Shown: positions 1-10,580, numbered from the stretch's first letter. The stretch is DNA of 64,000 nt from an uncultured Gemmatimonadales bacterium (GCA_963842945.1 CAWJIM010000002.1:64001-128000); one strand, 5' to 3'. Notes: generated from the sequence alone by a model not told the origin. Numbers and translations: made by a program.

Positions 1-570
1 AGCCGCTTCCCTTCTTTCCTTGGAAGGCGGCGTTATCGGGTTTCCGGTGTCAAACACCTCCGTCCCGGTTCCGAATCGGAGCAGTCGGCGCGCTTCAGGG
101 AGGCCGAGATAGACGTGCCGGACTCGTCGGCTCAACCAGCGGCTGGCGAGCCCAGGATACGCGTTCTGCTCCTGGATGGCGGTCGGGATGCCGTGCCTCG
201 CTGCCCACCAGACCACTGGCCCCGACGCGTAACCACCAGTTCCTAGGACGGCAGCAGGCTGCTCTCGCTCGAAGACCCGGCCCACCTCGCGCAGCAGCCG
301 GCCGGCGACGAATGGCCATTTGAAGTTCTTCCACCAGGTCCGGCGGTAGATCGGCTCGGTGGGCAACAAGTAAAAGCGGAAGTCCCGGCCGGGGAGAATG
401 CGTGCCTCTACCCCGCGAGTCGCGCCTACCAGTACCGGCTCCACTTGTGGAGCGTACTCCCGGATGGCGTCGGCAATTGCGAGTGCCGGCATGAGATGTC
501 CGCCGGTTCCACCGCCGGCGATTAGAACGGTACGCCGGAGTGGTGGTGCGTCAGTTCCGGTGCCGCTCAT
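1..570 (-). CDS. murG: Undecaprenyl-PP-MurNAc-pentapeptide GlcNAc transferase MurG (3' end runs off the window)
   Basis: Not in the ORF track; manual translation from ATG at 570 gives MSGTGTDAPPLRRTVLIAGGGTGGHLMPALAIA...GTGGYASGP...IQEQNAYPGLASR, the MurG G-loop motifs; follows ftsW. Confidence 0.95.
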   Translation of the reverse strand, partial: MSGTGTDAPPLRRTVLIAGGGTGGHLMPALAIADAIREYAPQVEPVLVGATRGVEARILPGRDFRFYLLPTEPIYRRTWWKNFKWPFVAGRLLREVGRVFEREQPAAVLGTGGYASGPVVWWAARHGIPTAIQEQNAYPGLASRWLSRRVRHVYLGLPEARRLLRFGTGTEVFDTGNPITPPSKERREAA

Positions 571-1833
571 CGCCGAGTCGGCCGTCGACCTTCGGCCTTG
601 CCGTTTCCGGCCTCTTGTCGCCGGGCCCGCCGGGTAGCAGCTCGGACTGCGCTCCGCGATTTTGTCGTTCCGCCCGGCGCTGCGCTCTGGTCCCGCTGCC
701 GCGCGAGCGGCCTCGCAATCGCCCGATATTGATGAGGATCCCGGTGCCGAGCAGCGAGATCACCTGGCTGGAGCGTCCGTACGACATGAAGGGCAGCGTC
801 AGACCCGTCGTCGGAATCAGACCGAGTGATACCGCCATGTGCATGAACGCGGTAAGCCCGATGGCGGCGGTCAGCCCCACGGCGAGATACTGGCCGAACG
901 GATCGGTTGCCGTTCGCGCGATTCGGAAGCCGAGCCAACAGAAGAGGGCGAACAGGGCGACCACCACGCAGACACCCGCAAACCCCCATTCCTCACCGAT
1001 GGTGCTGAAGAGGAAGTCAGAGTAGGCGTAAGGGAGATATCCGAGCTTTTGCTGGCCTTCCCCAAAGCCGACCCCAAACAGCTGGCCCGATCCGATTCCG
1101 ACCAGCGACTGATGGATTTGAAAACCGGCTTCCGTGGTGGCGTCGCCGGGATTCAGGAAGGTCAGCATCCGGGCGAGACGATACTGCACGTCGCGAATCT
1201 GATGGAAAACCAGAATCATCCCGACCCCGGCGACCAGACCGAAGTGGCCGATCTTGGCGCCCGAGGTGAACAGCACCAGCCCGCCCAGCAACGCCACCAG
1301 CGTGGCCATCGATAGATTGGGCTCCAGCAAGATCAGAAGCGATACCAAGCCGAGAATCACGATGAACGGCAGGACCCCTTTTTGAACTCGCGGACCTGAG
1401 CTCCCTTTTTGGACGCCAGCATGGCGCACCAGATCACCACCACCAGCCGGGCAAGCTCTGAGGGCTGGAAGTTCAGCGGTCCGAGGTCGATCCAACGCCG
1501 TGCTCCGTTGACCGAAGGCGCCAGTCCTCTGGTAAACGGAAGCAGTGGAATTACGAGAAACAGGATGGTCACGAACAGCAGAGGCCAGGCGAGCTGCCGC
1601 CAACGATAGTAGTCGAGCCGTGAGGCCAAGAGGAGGAGCACGCCTCCAAAAACGGCTCCGGTCAGCTGGCGGAGGGCAAAGCCGAGTCCGGCGTTCTGGC
1701 CTTGCAGCGTCGCCAAACTGGCAGCGCCGTAGGTGGCCGCTACGCCGAACACCAGCAGTGCCGCCGTGACCATGCCGAGCAGGCGAGTCTCCCAGCGCAT
1801 CTCGCCGGGGTGCCGTACGGGTCGCGGCATCAT
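551..1833 (-). CDS. ftsW: Peptidoglycan glycosyltransferase FtsW (SEDS family); one frameshift near 1375
   Basis: ORF 1357..1860 has GARRWIDLGPLNFQPSELA; ORF 551..1927 has LLEPNL, YRLARM, PYAYSDFLFS, GLTLPFMSYGRSS. The join is at a homopolymer run (AAAAAGGGG). ATG at 1833 overlaps the murD stop. Confidence 0.93.
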
Positions 1834-3206
1834 AGCGCCTGGACCGAGGCGCGGAAGCAATCCCCGCGTTCCTCGTAGTTGCGAAACATGTCGTAACTGG
1901 AGCAGGCCGGAGACAGCAGGACTGCATCCCCGGGCCGGGCCAGCTTTCGAGCCGTCAGGATCACTTCCTCAAAGCTGGCCGCTCGCAGCACCTTGAGCTT
2001 GGCGCCGAGGTCCTGCACGATGATCGGGCCCGCTTCTCCATAGGCCACGATCGCGCGACAGCGATCCTGCAGCCGCTCGACCAACCGGGTGTAAGGCTCT
2101 CCCTTGTGCCGGCCGCCCAGGAGCAGAACGAACGGCCGGTCCAGAGCCGCGATAGCCACCTCAGTGGAGGTGATGTTGGTGGACTTGGAGTCGTTGATCC
2201 AGAGCACGCCCTCGATCTCCCGAACCGGCTCGACTCGATGGGGGATGGCCCGGAAGGACTGGAGTCCAGCGGCTATGCGATGCAACGGGGCGCCCAGCTC
2301 AGCGGCCACAAGCGCAGCAGCCAGAGCATTGGCCACATTGTGATCGCCGAGCAAAGGCAAAGCGGCCCGGGGCAAGACCTCACTCCTTCCCAGCATCAAC
2401 CGGGCACCTTCGCGGTCGTACCACCCGTCGGCCGAGTGGTTGGTGGAGAAGCGCAGCTGCCGCCCGGGGACGCCACGGATCATCTCCTGTACTGCGGGAT
2501 CGTCGTCATTGGTGATCCACAACGAGGTCGCGTCGGCATTGCGGAAGAGCTGAGCCTTATCGCCGTAATACTCCTCCAGCGAGCGGTAGCGATCGAGATG
2601 GTTGGGCGCCAGGTTCGTGAGCACCCCGGCCGCCGGTTTGAGGTGGGGCGCATCGTGCAGCTGAAACGACGAGAGCTCCAATGCCAGCCACGGCGGGGGG
2701 TCGGTCGAGAGGGCCACATCGCAGAGGGGACGCCCGATATTGCCCGCGGTCTCGGCCCGGAACCCGGCGCTCGAGAGCAGGTGGCCAATCAGCGCAGTCG
2801 TGGTGGTCTTGCCGTTGGTTCCAGTGATCGCCACGCAGCTGGTAGCGCGGAGGGCCAGAAAACCGATATCCACTTCGGCGTAGATCTCGAGGCTCGCCTG
2901 TCGCGCGGCTTCCAAGGGCGGAGCATCGGGCGGCACACCGGGTGCCACCACCACCCCTACCGCCCGGCCGATACGGCCCAGATCGTGACCGCCCAGATCA
3001 ACGGCTGCTCCGGTCTCCCGCAGCGTACGAGCCCAGGCCTCGAAGGTTGGCCCTGACCCCGTATCCGAGGCGTACACCCCAATACCCATCCGCCGAAGCA
3101 GCAGGGTGGCCGCCACTCCGCTCTTACCCAGGCCCACCACCGCCACCTCTCCTCCCGATCCTAGCCAGCGCTCGAACAGCGACACGCTCTCGGCGACACC
3201 AGTCAT
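1830..3206 (-). CDS. murD: UDP-N-acetylmuramoyl-L-alanine--D-glutamate ligase
   Basis: GLGKSG, AITGTNGKTTTT, ELSSFQL, NHLDRY, INDSKSTN, LLSPACSSYDMF; start MTGV overlaps the mraY stop. Confidence 0.96.
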   Translation of the reverse strand: MTGVAESVSLFERWLGSGGEVAVVGLGKSGVAATLLLRRMGIGVYASDTGSGPTFEAWARTLRETGAAVDLGGHDLGRIGRAVGVVVAPGVPPDAPPLEAARQASLEIYAEVDIGFLALRATSCVAITGTNGKTTTTALIGHLLSSAGFRAETAGNIGRPLCDVALSTDPPPWLALELSSFQLHDAPHLKPAAGVLTNLAPNHLDRYRSLEEYYGDKAQLFRNADATSLWITNDDDPAVQEMIRGVPGRQLRFSTNHSADGWYDREGARLMLGRSEVLPRAALPLLGDHNVANALAAALVAAELGAPLHRIAAGLQSFRAIPHRVEPVREIEGVLWINDSKSTNITSTEVAIAALDRPFVLLLGGRHKGEPYTRLVERLQDRCRAIVAYGEAGPIIVQDLGAKLKVLRAASFEEVILTARKLARPGDAVLLSPACSSYDMFRNYEERGDCFRASVQAL

Positions 3207-4330
3207 CGGACCTTCAGCGTGGAGAGTGCGACCAGGGCGCAGAGCAGCCCAAGAATGTAGAACCGGGTGACCACGGTCGTTTCGGCCCAGCCCAGCTTCT
3301 CGAAGTGATGGTGCAGTGGCGCCATTCGGAACACGCGGTGGGCGTCGGCGTACTCGCGGCCGCGGGTCCGCTTGAACCATTTATACGTGCCGGTCTGGAG
3401 CAGCACCGAGATGGCCTCCGCCGCAAACACCCCGCCGATGAGGAGGAGCAGGAACTCCGCCTTGAGCAGAATGGCAACCGTCCCCAGCGCGCCGCCGATC
3501 GCGAGGCTGCCGGTGTCGCCCATGAAGACCTCGGCGGGATGGGCATTGAACCAGAGGAATCCGATGGTCGCACCCATGAGCGCGGCGCAAAAGACCGCCA
3601 GTTCGCCCGCGCCGGGCAAGTAGAAGACGTTGAGGTACGTGGTGACGTCCACTCGGCCGAAGAGGTACGCGAACACGGCAAAAGCTGCAGCCGCGATTCC
3701 CGCCAGGCCGGTGGCGAGCCCGTCGAGCCCGTCAGTCAGGTTGACCGCGTTGCTGCTCCCGGTGATCACCACGGTCACGAATACAATGAAAAGCCAGGGA
3801 GCAAAATTCACCACCAGGTACTTGAAGAACGGAAGCGTCGTAGCGGTGGCGGGAAGCACATCGGCCGGCACCACCGGGTTGAAGGCTAGAAACAGCCCAA
3901 GCAGGAGGCCGAAGCTGCATTGCCCGGCCAGCTTCCAGCGGGCAACCAGGCCGCGGGATTTCCCCTGCACGATCTTGAGGTAGTCGTCGAGGAAGCCGAT
4001 GCAGCCCATCCACAAGGTGGACAGCATGGCGACCACCACGTAGCGATTGGTCAGCGGAGCCCAGAGCAGCGTCGGAACCACCGTAGCCAGGAGGATGATG
4101 AGGCCGCCCATCGTGGGGGTGCCCCGCTTACTCTGATGGCTCGCCGGTCCCTCTGCCCGGACCACCTGACCCACCTTACGCGCCCGGAGGCGGCGAATGA
4201 CCGGTGGTCCCACGACAAATGCGAGGAGAAGCGCAGTGACGGTCGCGCCCGCAGCCCGAAAGCTGATGTAGTTGAAAAGATTGAAGATGATATAGGTCTT
4301 GCCGAGCGGGGCGAGCCAGTGATAGAACAT
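3203..4330 (-). CDS. mraY: Phospho-N-acetylmuramoyl-pentapeptide transferase
   Basis: KRGTPTMGG, GFLDDYLK, NAVNLTDGLDGLA, FMGDTGS, MAPLHHHFE. Confidence 0.98.
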   Translation of the reverse strand: MFYHWLAPLGKTYIIFNLFNYISFRAAGATVTALLLAFVVGPPVIRRLRARKVGQVVRAEGPASHQSKRGTPTMGGLIILLATVVPTLLWAPLTNRYVVVAMLSTLWMGCIGFLDDYLKIVQGKSRGLVARWKLAGQCSFGLLLGLFLAFNPVVPADVLPATATTLPFFKYLVVNFAPWLFIVFVTVVITGSSNAVNLTDGLDGLATGLAGIAAAAFAVFAYLFGRVDVTTYLNVFYLPGAGELAVFCAALMGATIGFLWFNAHPAEVFMGDTGSLAIGGALGTVAILLKAEFLLLLIGGVFAAEAISVLLQTGTYKWFKRTRGREYADAHRVFRMAPLHHHFEKLGWAETTVVTRFYILGLLCALVALSTLKVR

Positions 4331-4336
4331 CGAACC

Positions 4337-5749
4337 TCAGCGGGGATGTAGCGGAGCACCGGGGGGGTCGACGTGCTTCGCGCGAGCCTTGAGCGCCGGA
4401 AGTATACGCTCCAAGGCCACGCCACGGGATGCCTTCAGCACCACGATCTCGTCTCCCCTGAGATGTTGGGCCAGTCGCGGCGCGAGCTCCAGCGGGTCGG
4501 CGGCCGTGATCAGACGATGCCGCAGCGCCCCGGCATAGGGCTCCAGGGCGGGCACGAACTCCCCCACCGCCGCGAGCAGCTCCGGGTGCAGCTCCACCAG
4601 CTCCTCCGCTATCTCTCGATGGAGCCGCGGGGATTCAGAGCCCAGCTCTCGCATGGTCCCCGCGACAAACACCAGGCGCCGGTTGCCCCGCATGGCCCTC
4701 GCGGTAGCGATCACGGCCCGGAATGATTGTGGGTTGGCGTTGTAGCAGTCGTTGAGGAAAGTGAGCTGTCCTTCCTGCACCAGCTCGCCGCGTCCGCCCG
4801 GCATCGCGAACTCTTCCAGGGCCTGGGCCGCCCGGCGCAGGTCGAGCCCCAGCTCCTCAGCCACCGCCCAGACACGAATAGCGTTGTCCGCCTGATGGAG
4901 ACCGCGGGTCCCCAGCACGAACCTCTGGCCCGCGATCGAGATCACCGGACGTGCGTCGCCGTTCAGGCTGACGCTGTCCGGCACAAGGTCGGCGCCCTTT
5001 AGCGCCGCGGTACGGACCCGCCCGGCCCGTTTGCGGGCGCCCTCAGCGAGGGCCGGCGGATCAGTCCCCACGACGGCGAGCGGTACCCCCTGCGTCAGCG
5101 AGAGTTTCTCCTCCATGACGCCGGCCAATGAACCGAACCCCTCCAGGTGTCCCGCCACCGCATTGGTGACGATGGTGATCGCGGGCTCGATGATCTCTCG
5201 ATACCGCGCGATTTCTCCGGGAAGGTTCGCTCCCGCTTCAACGATCAGCGCCTCGGTGTCAGAAGGCGCTTCCAGAATGGTGAGCGGAACGCCGACGAGA
5301 TTGTTGAGGTTTGCTCGGGTAGCGTAGGTTCGATATCGAGTGCTGAGCACGGCGGCAAGCATTTGCTTGGTGCTGGTCTTGCCATTGGTGCCGGTTACCG
5401 CGACGACTGGCCCGCTCAGAGCTCGTCGTCTGGCGCGGGCCAGCAGACCGAAGGCGCGGAGCGGGTCGTCCACCTCGAAGAAGTGCAGCGGCGGAACACC
5501 GGCGGTTCCGCGCCGTACTACAGCACCTTTGGCTCCTGCCTTGGCAACGACCGGCAAATAGTCGTGACCGTCGAAGCGTTCACCCTGGAGCGCGACGAAC
5601 AAAGCGCCGGGACTGATGGCGCGGCTGTCGGTGGAGATGCCGTTGTAGGTAACTTCCGCGTCGCCAACATCCGGTTTTATACCAAGGGCGGCTTTTATTG
5701 CTGCCGCGGACCAGGTACCGCCGGCGGTCGTCGCCTGGTCAGCGCTCAC
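4337..5749 (-). CDS. murF: UDP-MurNAc-tripeptide--D-Ala-D-Ala ligase
   Basis: STDSR, GERFDGHDY, VTGTNGKTSTK, NDCYNANP, LKASRG. Confidence 0.96.
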   Translation of the reverse strand: MSADQATTAGGTWSAAAIKAALGIKPDVGDAEVTYNGISTDSRAISPGALFVALQGERFDGHDYLPVVAKAGAKGAVVRRGTAGVPPLHFFEVDDPLRAFGLLARARRRALSGPVVAVTGTNGKTSTKQMLAAVLSTRYRTYATRANLNNLVGVPLTILEAPSDTEALIVEAGANLPGEIARYREIIEPAITIVTNAVAGHLEGFGSLAGVMEEKLSLTQGVPLAVVGTDPPALAEGARKRAGRVRTAALKGADLVPDSVSLNGDARPVISIAGQRFVLGTRGLHQADNAIRVWAVAEELGLDLRRAAQALEEFAMPGGRGELVQEGQLTFLNDCYNANPQSFRAVIATARAMRGNRRLVFVAGTMRELGSESPRLHREIAEELVELHPELLAAVGEFVPALEPYAGALRHRLITAADPLELAPRLAQHLRGDEIVVLKASRGVALERILPALKARAKHVDPPGAPLHPR

Positions 5750-7209
5750 CGTTCACCTCGGACCAGTCCCTGCACAATCTCCCGTTCGTCGAAGTCGATC
5801 CTTCTGGTGCCGATGACCTGGTAGGTCTCGTGCCCCTTGCCGGCGAGCAGAATGGTGTCGCCGGCCCGGCCCTGGTTCAATGCCGCCTCTATGGCTGAGA
5901 GCCGGTCGGGGATGCGCAGGTGGGGGGCGCCCCCCATTCCGCGCTCGATCTCGTCGATGATGGTTCCAGGATCCTCGGTGCGCGGGTTGTCCGAAGTGGC
6001 TATCGCCAGGTCGGACAGCTCGGCCGCGATGCGTCCCATCAGCGGCCGCTTCCCTTTATCCCGGTCGCCCCCACAGCCGAACACCAGGATGATTCGTCCC
6101 GGCGTGAGTGGCCGCAGGGTCCGGAGGGCCCGTTCCAGCGAGTCGGGAGTATGGGAATAGTCCCGCAGAACCGTGCAGGGAACGTTCGAGATGCGCTCCA
6201 TCCGACCAGGGATCTGGGGTGCCGTCGCCAGCCGCTCGATTACTTCCTGCAGAGAAAGCTCCAGCCCGAGCGCCGCGGCTGCGGCAGCAAGCGCGTTGCT
6301 GACGTTGAAGTCACCCAACAGGGGCAGGAGTACCTCGGACGAGCCGAACCGGCCCGTCAGCAGGAAACAGGAGCCGCCCGCGTTGAGACTGATCTGTGTG
6401 GCTCGGACGTCGGCTGCGGGATGGAGGCCAAACGTGACCCGGCGATTGCGGGACGGCAATGCCCTCCAAGCGTCGTCATCGAGATTGACCACCTCGACGC
6501 CTGAAGGTCGAAGCAGATCGGCCAGGCGAAGCTTGGACCCGAGATATGCCTCCATGGTCCCGTGATAATCCAGGTGATCGCGGGTGAGATTGGTAAAAAC
6601 TCCCGCAGCAAAGCTGAGCCCATCCAGGCGTCCCTGATCGAGACTGTGCGACGAAGTTTCCATCGCCACGTGGGTGACTCCCCTGCTCTGCAATGCCGCC
6701 AATGTCGCCTGCAAATCAATGGGTCCGGGCGTGGTCAGTGAGCCGGCAGTCGAGGGAACCGGTTGGTCAGCACCGTCGAAGGCGCCCAGAGTACCGATGC
6801 TGCCGGCGTTCTGATTTCGGTTCAGGAGATGGCGGATAAGTCCGGTGGTGGTGGTCTTGCCGTTGGTGCCGGTGACTCCAATTAAGGAGAGGCGCCGCGC
6901 CGGATGACCATACCACGCAGCGCCGAGTACCTGAGCGGCGCGTCGGCTGTCTCCAACCACAATCTCGGGAACACCCGACTTTTGCGGACTTTCCACAATA
7001 ACGGCTGAAACCCCTCTTCCTACGGCATCCGGCACAAAGCGATGGCCGTCGGCCTGCGATCCGCGAACAGCGATGTAGAAGCTGCCCCGATCGACGCTGC
7101 GGCTGTCCACGCCCAAGGCACGAGGGTCTGGCCCGGCGTCCGGTGCCTCGCTCAGGAGATCGGCACGACGGAGCTCATCAACAACCTGAGACCAGGTCAG
7201 TCCGCCCAT
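5746..7209 (-). CDS. murE: UDP-MurNAc-L-Ala-D-Glu--diaminopimelate ligase
   Basis: GVTGTNGKTTT, TTPG, FTNLTRDHLDYH, VFGCGGDRD, DNPR (DAP-specificity motif), AGKGHE. Confidence 0.96.
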   Translation of the reverse strand: MGGLTWSQVVDELRRADLLSEAPDAGPDPRALGVDSRSVDRGSFYIAVRGSQADGHRFVPDAVGRGVSAVIVESPQKSGVPEIVVGDSRRAAQVLGAAWYGHPARRLSLIGVTGTNGKTTTTGLIRHLLNRNQNAGSIGTLGAFDGADQPVPSTAGSLTTPGPIDLQATLAALQSRGVTHVAMETSSHSLDQGRLDGLSFAAGVFTNLTRDHLDYHGTMEAYLGSKLRLADLLRPSGVEVVNLDDDAWRALPSRNRRVTFGLHPAADVRATQISLNAGGSCFLLTGRFGSSEVLLPLLGDFNVSNALAAAAAALGLELSLQEVIERLATAPQIPGRMERISNVPCTVLRDYSHTPDSLERALRTLRPLTPGRIILVFGCGGDRDKGKRPLMGRIAAELSDLAIATSDNPRTEDPGTIIDEIERGMGGAPHLRIPDRLSAIEAALNQGRAGDTILLAGKGHETYQVIGTRRIDFDEREIVQGLVRGER

Positions 7210-9167
7210 ACCACCACCGTGGTGCCGGGCGTGGCCGTGGCGCCAGCAGCCGGTACGGTCTTGCTGACTCGGCCCAGACCGCGCAGGGTCACCCTGAAGC
7301 CCTGGCGATGGAGCAGCAAGGCCGCCTCCCGAACCGGACGACCCTCGACCTCCGGTACCAACCGCGCTTCGTCATCGACTTTCGGACTACTGTAGGGCCA
7401 GGGCACTACCAATCGAGCCATCGTCGCTGCATTGGACGAGGTCCGGGATTCCGGTGCGGCTGCCGTATCGAGGTCGGTAAAGCGACTGCGGTCGATCGCG
7501 ACCCGGCGGGAGGCCAACGCTTGCTGCAACATCGTTCGAGTCACGGGAGCTGCGGTGAGGCCGCCGTAGTATTTGCCCTGGGGATTGTCGATTTTGACGA
7601 TCACCGCAAGCTGCGGATTGTCAGCCGGGAAAAGAGCGGCAAACGATGCGGTGTATTCTCCGCGCACATAGCGGCCGTTCTCGAAACGCACGGAGGTTCC
7701 GGTCTTGCCCAGCAAGGTGTAGTTCACCAATTGAGCCTCTTCTCCGGTTCCCCCCTCCCCAGCCGCACCCTTGAGGTACTCTCGGAGCTTTGCCGCTATA
7801 GGTGGCGGCACCACCTGGCGCACCGGCTCGGGATGATGACGATACAGGAGATCTCCTTGCGGGCTTCGGATCTCCCGAACCAGGGTGGGGGTGAGCAGCA
7901 ATCCGTTGTTGGCAATGGCGCCATAGGCCACGGCCAGTTGAACCGGAGTTACCCCGAACTCGTAGCCCATCGCGAGACTGGCTCGGGTGTACATCGGCTG
8001 CCATTTGTCGGGCCGGGCCAGGCGGCCCCTCGACTCAGAGGGAAACTCCGCCCCGGTGGGCGTACCGAAGCCGAAGTCCCGCAGCATCTCGAATTGTTCT
8101 TCCGAAGACAGGCGGGACGAGAACTTTGCGATGCCGATATTGCTGGAAACCTGAATAGTCTGAGCCAGCGTCAGAGCACCGGGGGTCTTATGCGCATCGG
8201 TGATCACCCGGGTGACACCGCTGCTGGTGATCGGCATATGCCAGGTCCCGCCTTCGGCAAAGACCCGGTCGGAACTGTCCACCCGCTGATGTAGCAAGAG
8301 GGCCGCCGCGGTAAACAGCTTGGCCGTGCTTCCAGGCTCGAACGGATCGGTGAACGTGGAGGCGCGGTTTGAGGTATAGCCTGAACGGCCGGCGGGCTGG
8401 CGGGAAGCAAGGGCGAGCAGCTCCCCATTATTGGGGTCTAAAAAGACCACATCGCCGCCTTCTGCGTCCATCCTCGACAGCGCATCGTCCAGTCCCCGCT
8501 CCGCAATCTCCTGCAGCTCCGCGTCTATCGTGAGAATGACGTCGTTGCCGGCCGCGGGCTCGCGGATCACTCGAGCCGGGGAGTCGTAGCGGCGGCCCGC
8601 GCGATCCTTGAGGAGCACCGCCTCTCCCGGGGCGCCGGTGAGGATAGAGTCCAGCGAGAGCTCGAGTCCCGCGGCGCCACTCTCCCGCTCCGCCGAAAGT
8701 CCGCCAATGATGGGCCGGGCCAGGAGTCGAGAGGGGTAGAATCGCTGATAATCCTGACTCAGATGGACGCCACTGACCCGGCGTAAAGGCTGCACCTGGG
8801 TGGCGCTGAAGGGGCCGTGGTAATAAACCCAGCGCTTGCCGGAGCGAAGATCGCGGGAGAGCACAGGCCAGGGGATGCCGAGTTGACGGCTAACCAGGCG
8901 CGCGGAGGTGCGGACGTCAGTCAGCTCGTTGGGGGCAATGCCGACGTGATAGAACTCCTGGCTGATCGCAAGCGGCACGCCGTTTCGATCGAACAGCCCT
9001 CCGCGCCGGGCGGGAAGCACGGCACGTTCGGTCCGCTGGCGGCGGGCCTGCTCCCCCCACCGCTCTCCCTGGAACAGTTGGAGCTGCGCCGCACGGGCGA
9101 GAATGGCTGCGATAACCAGAGCAAACCCAAGCTGAACCGCCGCGATCCGCACCAGCGGTTTGGCCAT
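7197..9167 (-). CDS. ftsI: Class B penicillin-binding protein FtsI/PBP3 with C-terminal PASTA-like segment
   Basis: N-terminal TM, RRGGLFDRNG, FEPGSTAK (SxxK), SSN (SxN), KTG; position in the dcw cluster. Confidence 0.93.
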   Translation of the reverse strand: MAKPLVRIAAVQLGFALVIAAILARAAQLQLFQGERWGEQARRQRTERAVLPARRGGLFDRNGVPLAISQEFYHVGIAPNELTDVRTSARLVSRQLGIPWPVLSRDLRSGKRWVYYHGPFSATQVQPLRRVSGVHLSQDYQRFYPSRLLARPIIGGLSAERESGAAGLELSLDSILTGAPGEAVLLKDRAGRRYDSPARVIREPAAGNDVILTIDAELQEIAERGLDDALSRMDAEGGDVVFLDPNNGELLALASRQPAGRSGYTSNRASTFTDPFEPGSTAKLFTAAALLLHQRVDSSDRVFAEGGTWHMPITSSGVTRVITDAHKTPGALTLAQTIQVSSNIGIAKFSSRLSSEEQFEMLRDFGFGTPTGAEFPSESRGRLARPDKWQPMYTRASLAMGYEFGVTPVQLAVAYGAIANNGLLLTPTLVREIRSPQGDLLYRHHPEPVRQVVPPPIAAKLREYLKGAAGEGGTGEEAQLVNYTLLGKTGTSVRFENGRYVRGEYTASFAALFPADNPQLAVIVKIDNPQGKYYGGLTAAPVTRTMLQQALASRRVAIDRSRFTDLDTAAAPESRTSSNAATMARLVVPWPYSSPKVDDEARLVPEVEGRPVREAALLLHRQGFRVTLRGLGRVSKTVPAAGATATPGTTVVVWAD

Positions 9168-9469
9168 CAGCGACTCCCTCCGGCCGGAGGCGAAGGAACC
9201 GCAAAGAGCACAAACTCCGAGTCGGCCGGTTCGTGGAGCCCCAAGCCGCGGCGAGCTAGGGGCACCAGCACCTCCCGGCTGGAAGCCACCCGGATGCGGC
9301 GCTCCAGGTCCGTTCGCCGTGCCTCAAGGCTGCCGCGGACTTCGCGCAGCTCACGGAGCCTGCGAGCCGTCTTGAACGCGGCAGTCTGACGGCCGACCAC
9401 GATCAAGGCTCCGCCCAGAAAAACCAACAGCCACAGCAATACCCAGTGTCGCCCCCTAAGCCGAAGCAT
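9167..9469 (-). CDS. ftsL: FtsL-like cell division protein
   Basis: Short TM (HWVLLWLLVFLGGALIVVG) plus coiled coil plus ARRGLGL, located between rsmH and ftsI. Confidence 0.7.
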   Translation of the reverse strand: MLRLRGRHWVLLWLLVFLGGALIVVGRQTAAFKTARRLRELREVRGSLEARRTDLERRIRVASSREVLVPLARRGLGLHEPADSEFVLFAVPSPPAGGSR

Positions 9470-10376
9470 TGACGACGAAGGTTCGGAGTTTGGCGCTCCT
9501 CGCTCGCGGATTGGCCTCGAGCTCGTCGCTAGCGGGAAGGAGGGGCTTGCGTGGCTGAACCCGGCCCTGCGGCCTGGCGCCGCAGATACAGACTGGAAGG
9601 CCCGGAGGACAGACGCAGTCCGCACTCCAGCTGCGGAACGCGTGCTTCACCAGCCTATCTTCGCCTGAATGATAGGTAATGATCGACAGCCTTCCCTCCG
9701 GCTTGAGTGCATCGCGAAGGACCGGGAGAGCCCGCTCCAGGTCTTCCAGTTCTCGATTCACCGCAATCCGCACGGCCTGGAAGATCCGGGCGAAGTCACC
9801 CGGTCCACTCTGAGGGCCCAGAACCGCGCGGATGGCGTTGACCAGGTCGTCGCTCGTGCTGAAGCCTTGCCGTTGCCGGCGCCGCACGATCTCGGCCGCC
9901 AGACGCCGCGCTCGCCGTTCGTCTCCGTAGTCCCGGAAAATCTGTTCGAGGGTAGCAGCGTCGGCTTCGTTCAGCAGCTGGGCCGCCGTATCGTCACCGG
10001 AGCCCATCCGCATGTCGAGCGGCGCACCAGGACGGAAGGTAAAACCGCGGCCTTCCTCGTCCAGTTGGCGGGAAGACACCCCGAGATCGAGGAGGATGAA
10101 ATCCGGTCCAAAGCGGGTCACTGTCTCGAGCGCCTCCGGCGAGCCGTATGAGGCCTGGAGATAGTGGATGCCGGTCTCGCCCAGGCGGCGGCGGCTGATC
10201 GCAATAGCCTCCGGGTCCCGGTCGATTCCGAGGACCTGTGCGCCGCTGCTGAGTAGAGCCGCGGCGTGCCCGCCGTCCCCCAACGTCGCATCGACTACCC
10301 GGCGTGCTCCCCGGGCAGCTTCGAGCACCGGTGTCAGCAGCACCGGCACATGGTACTTCGCTTCGGGTTCGAACAT
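9456..10376 (-). CDS. rsmH: 16S rRNA m4C1402 methyltransferase RsmH
   Basis: HVPVLL, DATLGDGGH, DLGVSSRQLD, PLDMRM, TYHSGEDRLVK, NPRARSAKLR. Confidence 0.96.
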   Translation of the reverse strand: MFEPEAKYHVPVLLTPVLEAARGARRVVDATLGDGGHAAALLSSGAQVLGIDRDPEAIAISRRRLGETGIHYLQASYGSPEALETVTRFGPDFILLDLGVSSRQLDEEGRGFTFRPGAPLDMRMGSGDDTAAQLLNEADAATLEQIFRDYGDERRARRLAAEIVRRRQRQGFSTSDDLVNAIRAVLGPQSGPGDFARIFQAVRIAVNRELEDLERALPVLRDALKPEGRLSIITYHSGEDRLVKHAFRSWSADCVCPPGLPVCICGARPQGRVQPRKPLLPASDELEANPRARSAKLRTFVVNASA

Positions 10377-10394
10377 GCGAGCTCTGAAGGGCTG

Positions 10395-10426
10395 AAACAC
10401 AACACCCCGTCCGGAGGGACGGGGTG
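10395..10426 (-). terminator. Probable intrinsic terminator after tRNA-Asp
   Basis: Perfect 10-bp stem CACCCCGTCC (10403-10412) / GGACGGGGTG (10417-10426), followed on the minus strand by TTGTGTTT. Confidence 0.65.
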
Positions 10427-10446
10427 AGGTGGTTTCGAGAAGCGAG

Positions 10447-10521
10447 CGGGGCTGACGGGGCTCGAACCCGCGACCTCCGCAGTGACAGTGCGGCACTCTA
10501 ACCAAGCTGAGCTACAGCCCC
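10447..10521 (-). tRNA. tRNA-Asp(GTC), CCA not encoded
   Basis: GGGGCTGTAGCTCAGCTTGGTTAGAGTGCCGCACT-GTC-ACTGCGGAGGTCGCGGGTTCGAGCCCCGTCAGCCCCG folds as a cloverleaf. Confidence 0.97.
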
Positions 10522-10580
10522 CGTTAGGGAGCGGGAATATAGGCGGGAAGAGAGGGAGGGTCTAGGGTAGACCCTCACCA

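Noticed and set aside
10556..10576. Hairpin GAGGGTCT/AGACCCTC after the TPR gene as a terminator
   Set aside because: No U-tract follows on the minus strand, so its function cannot be supported
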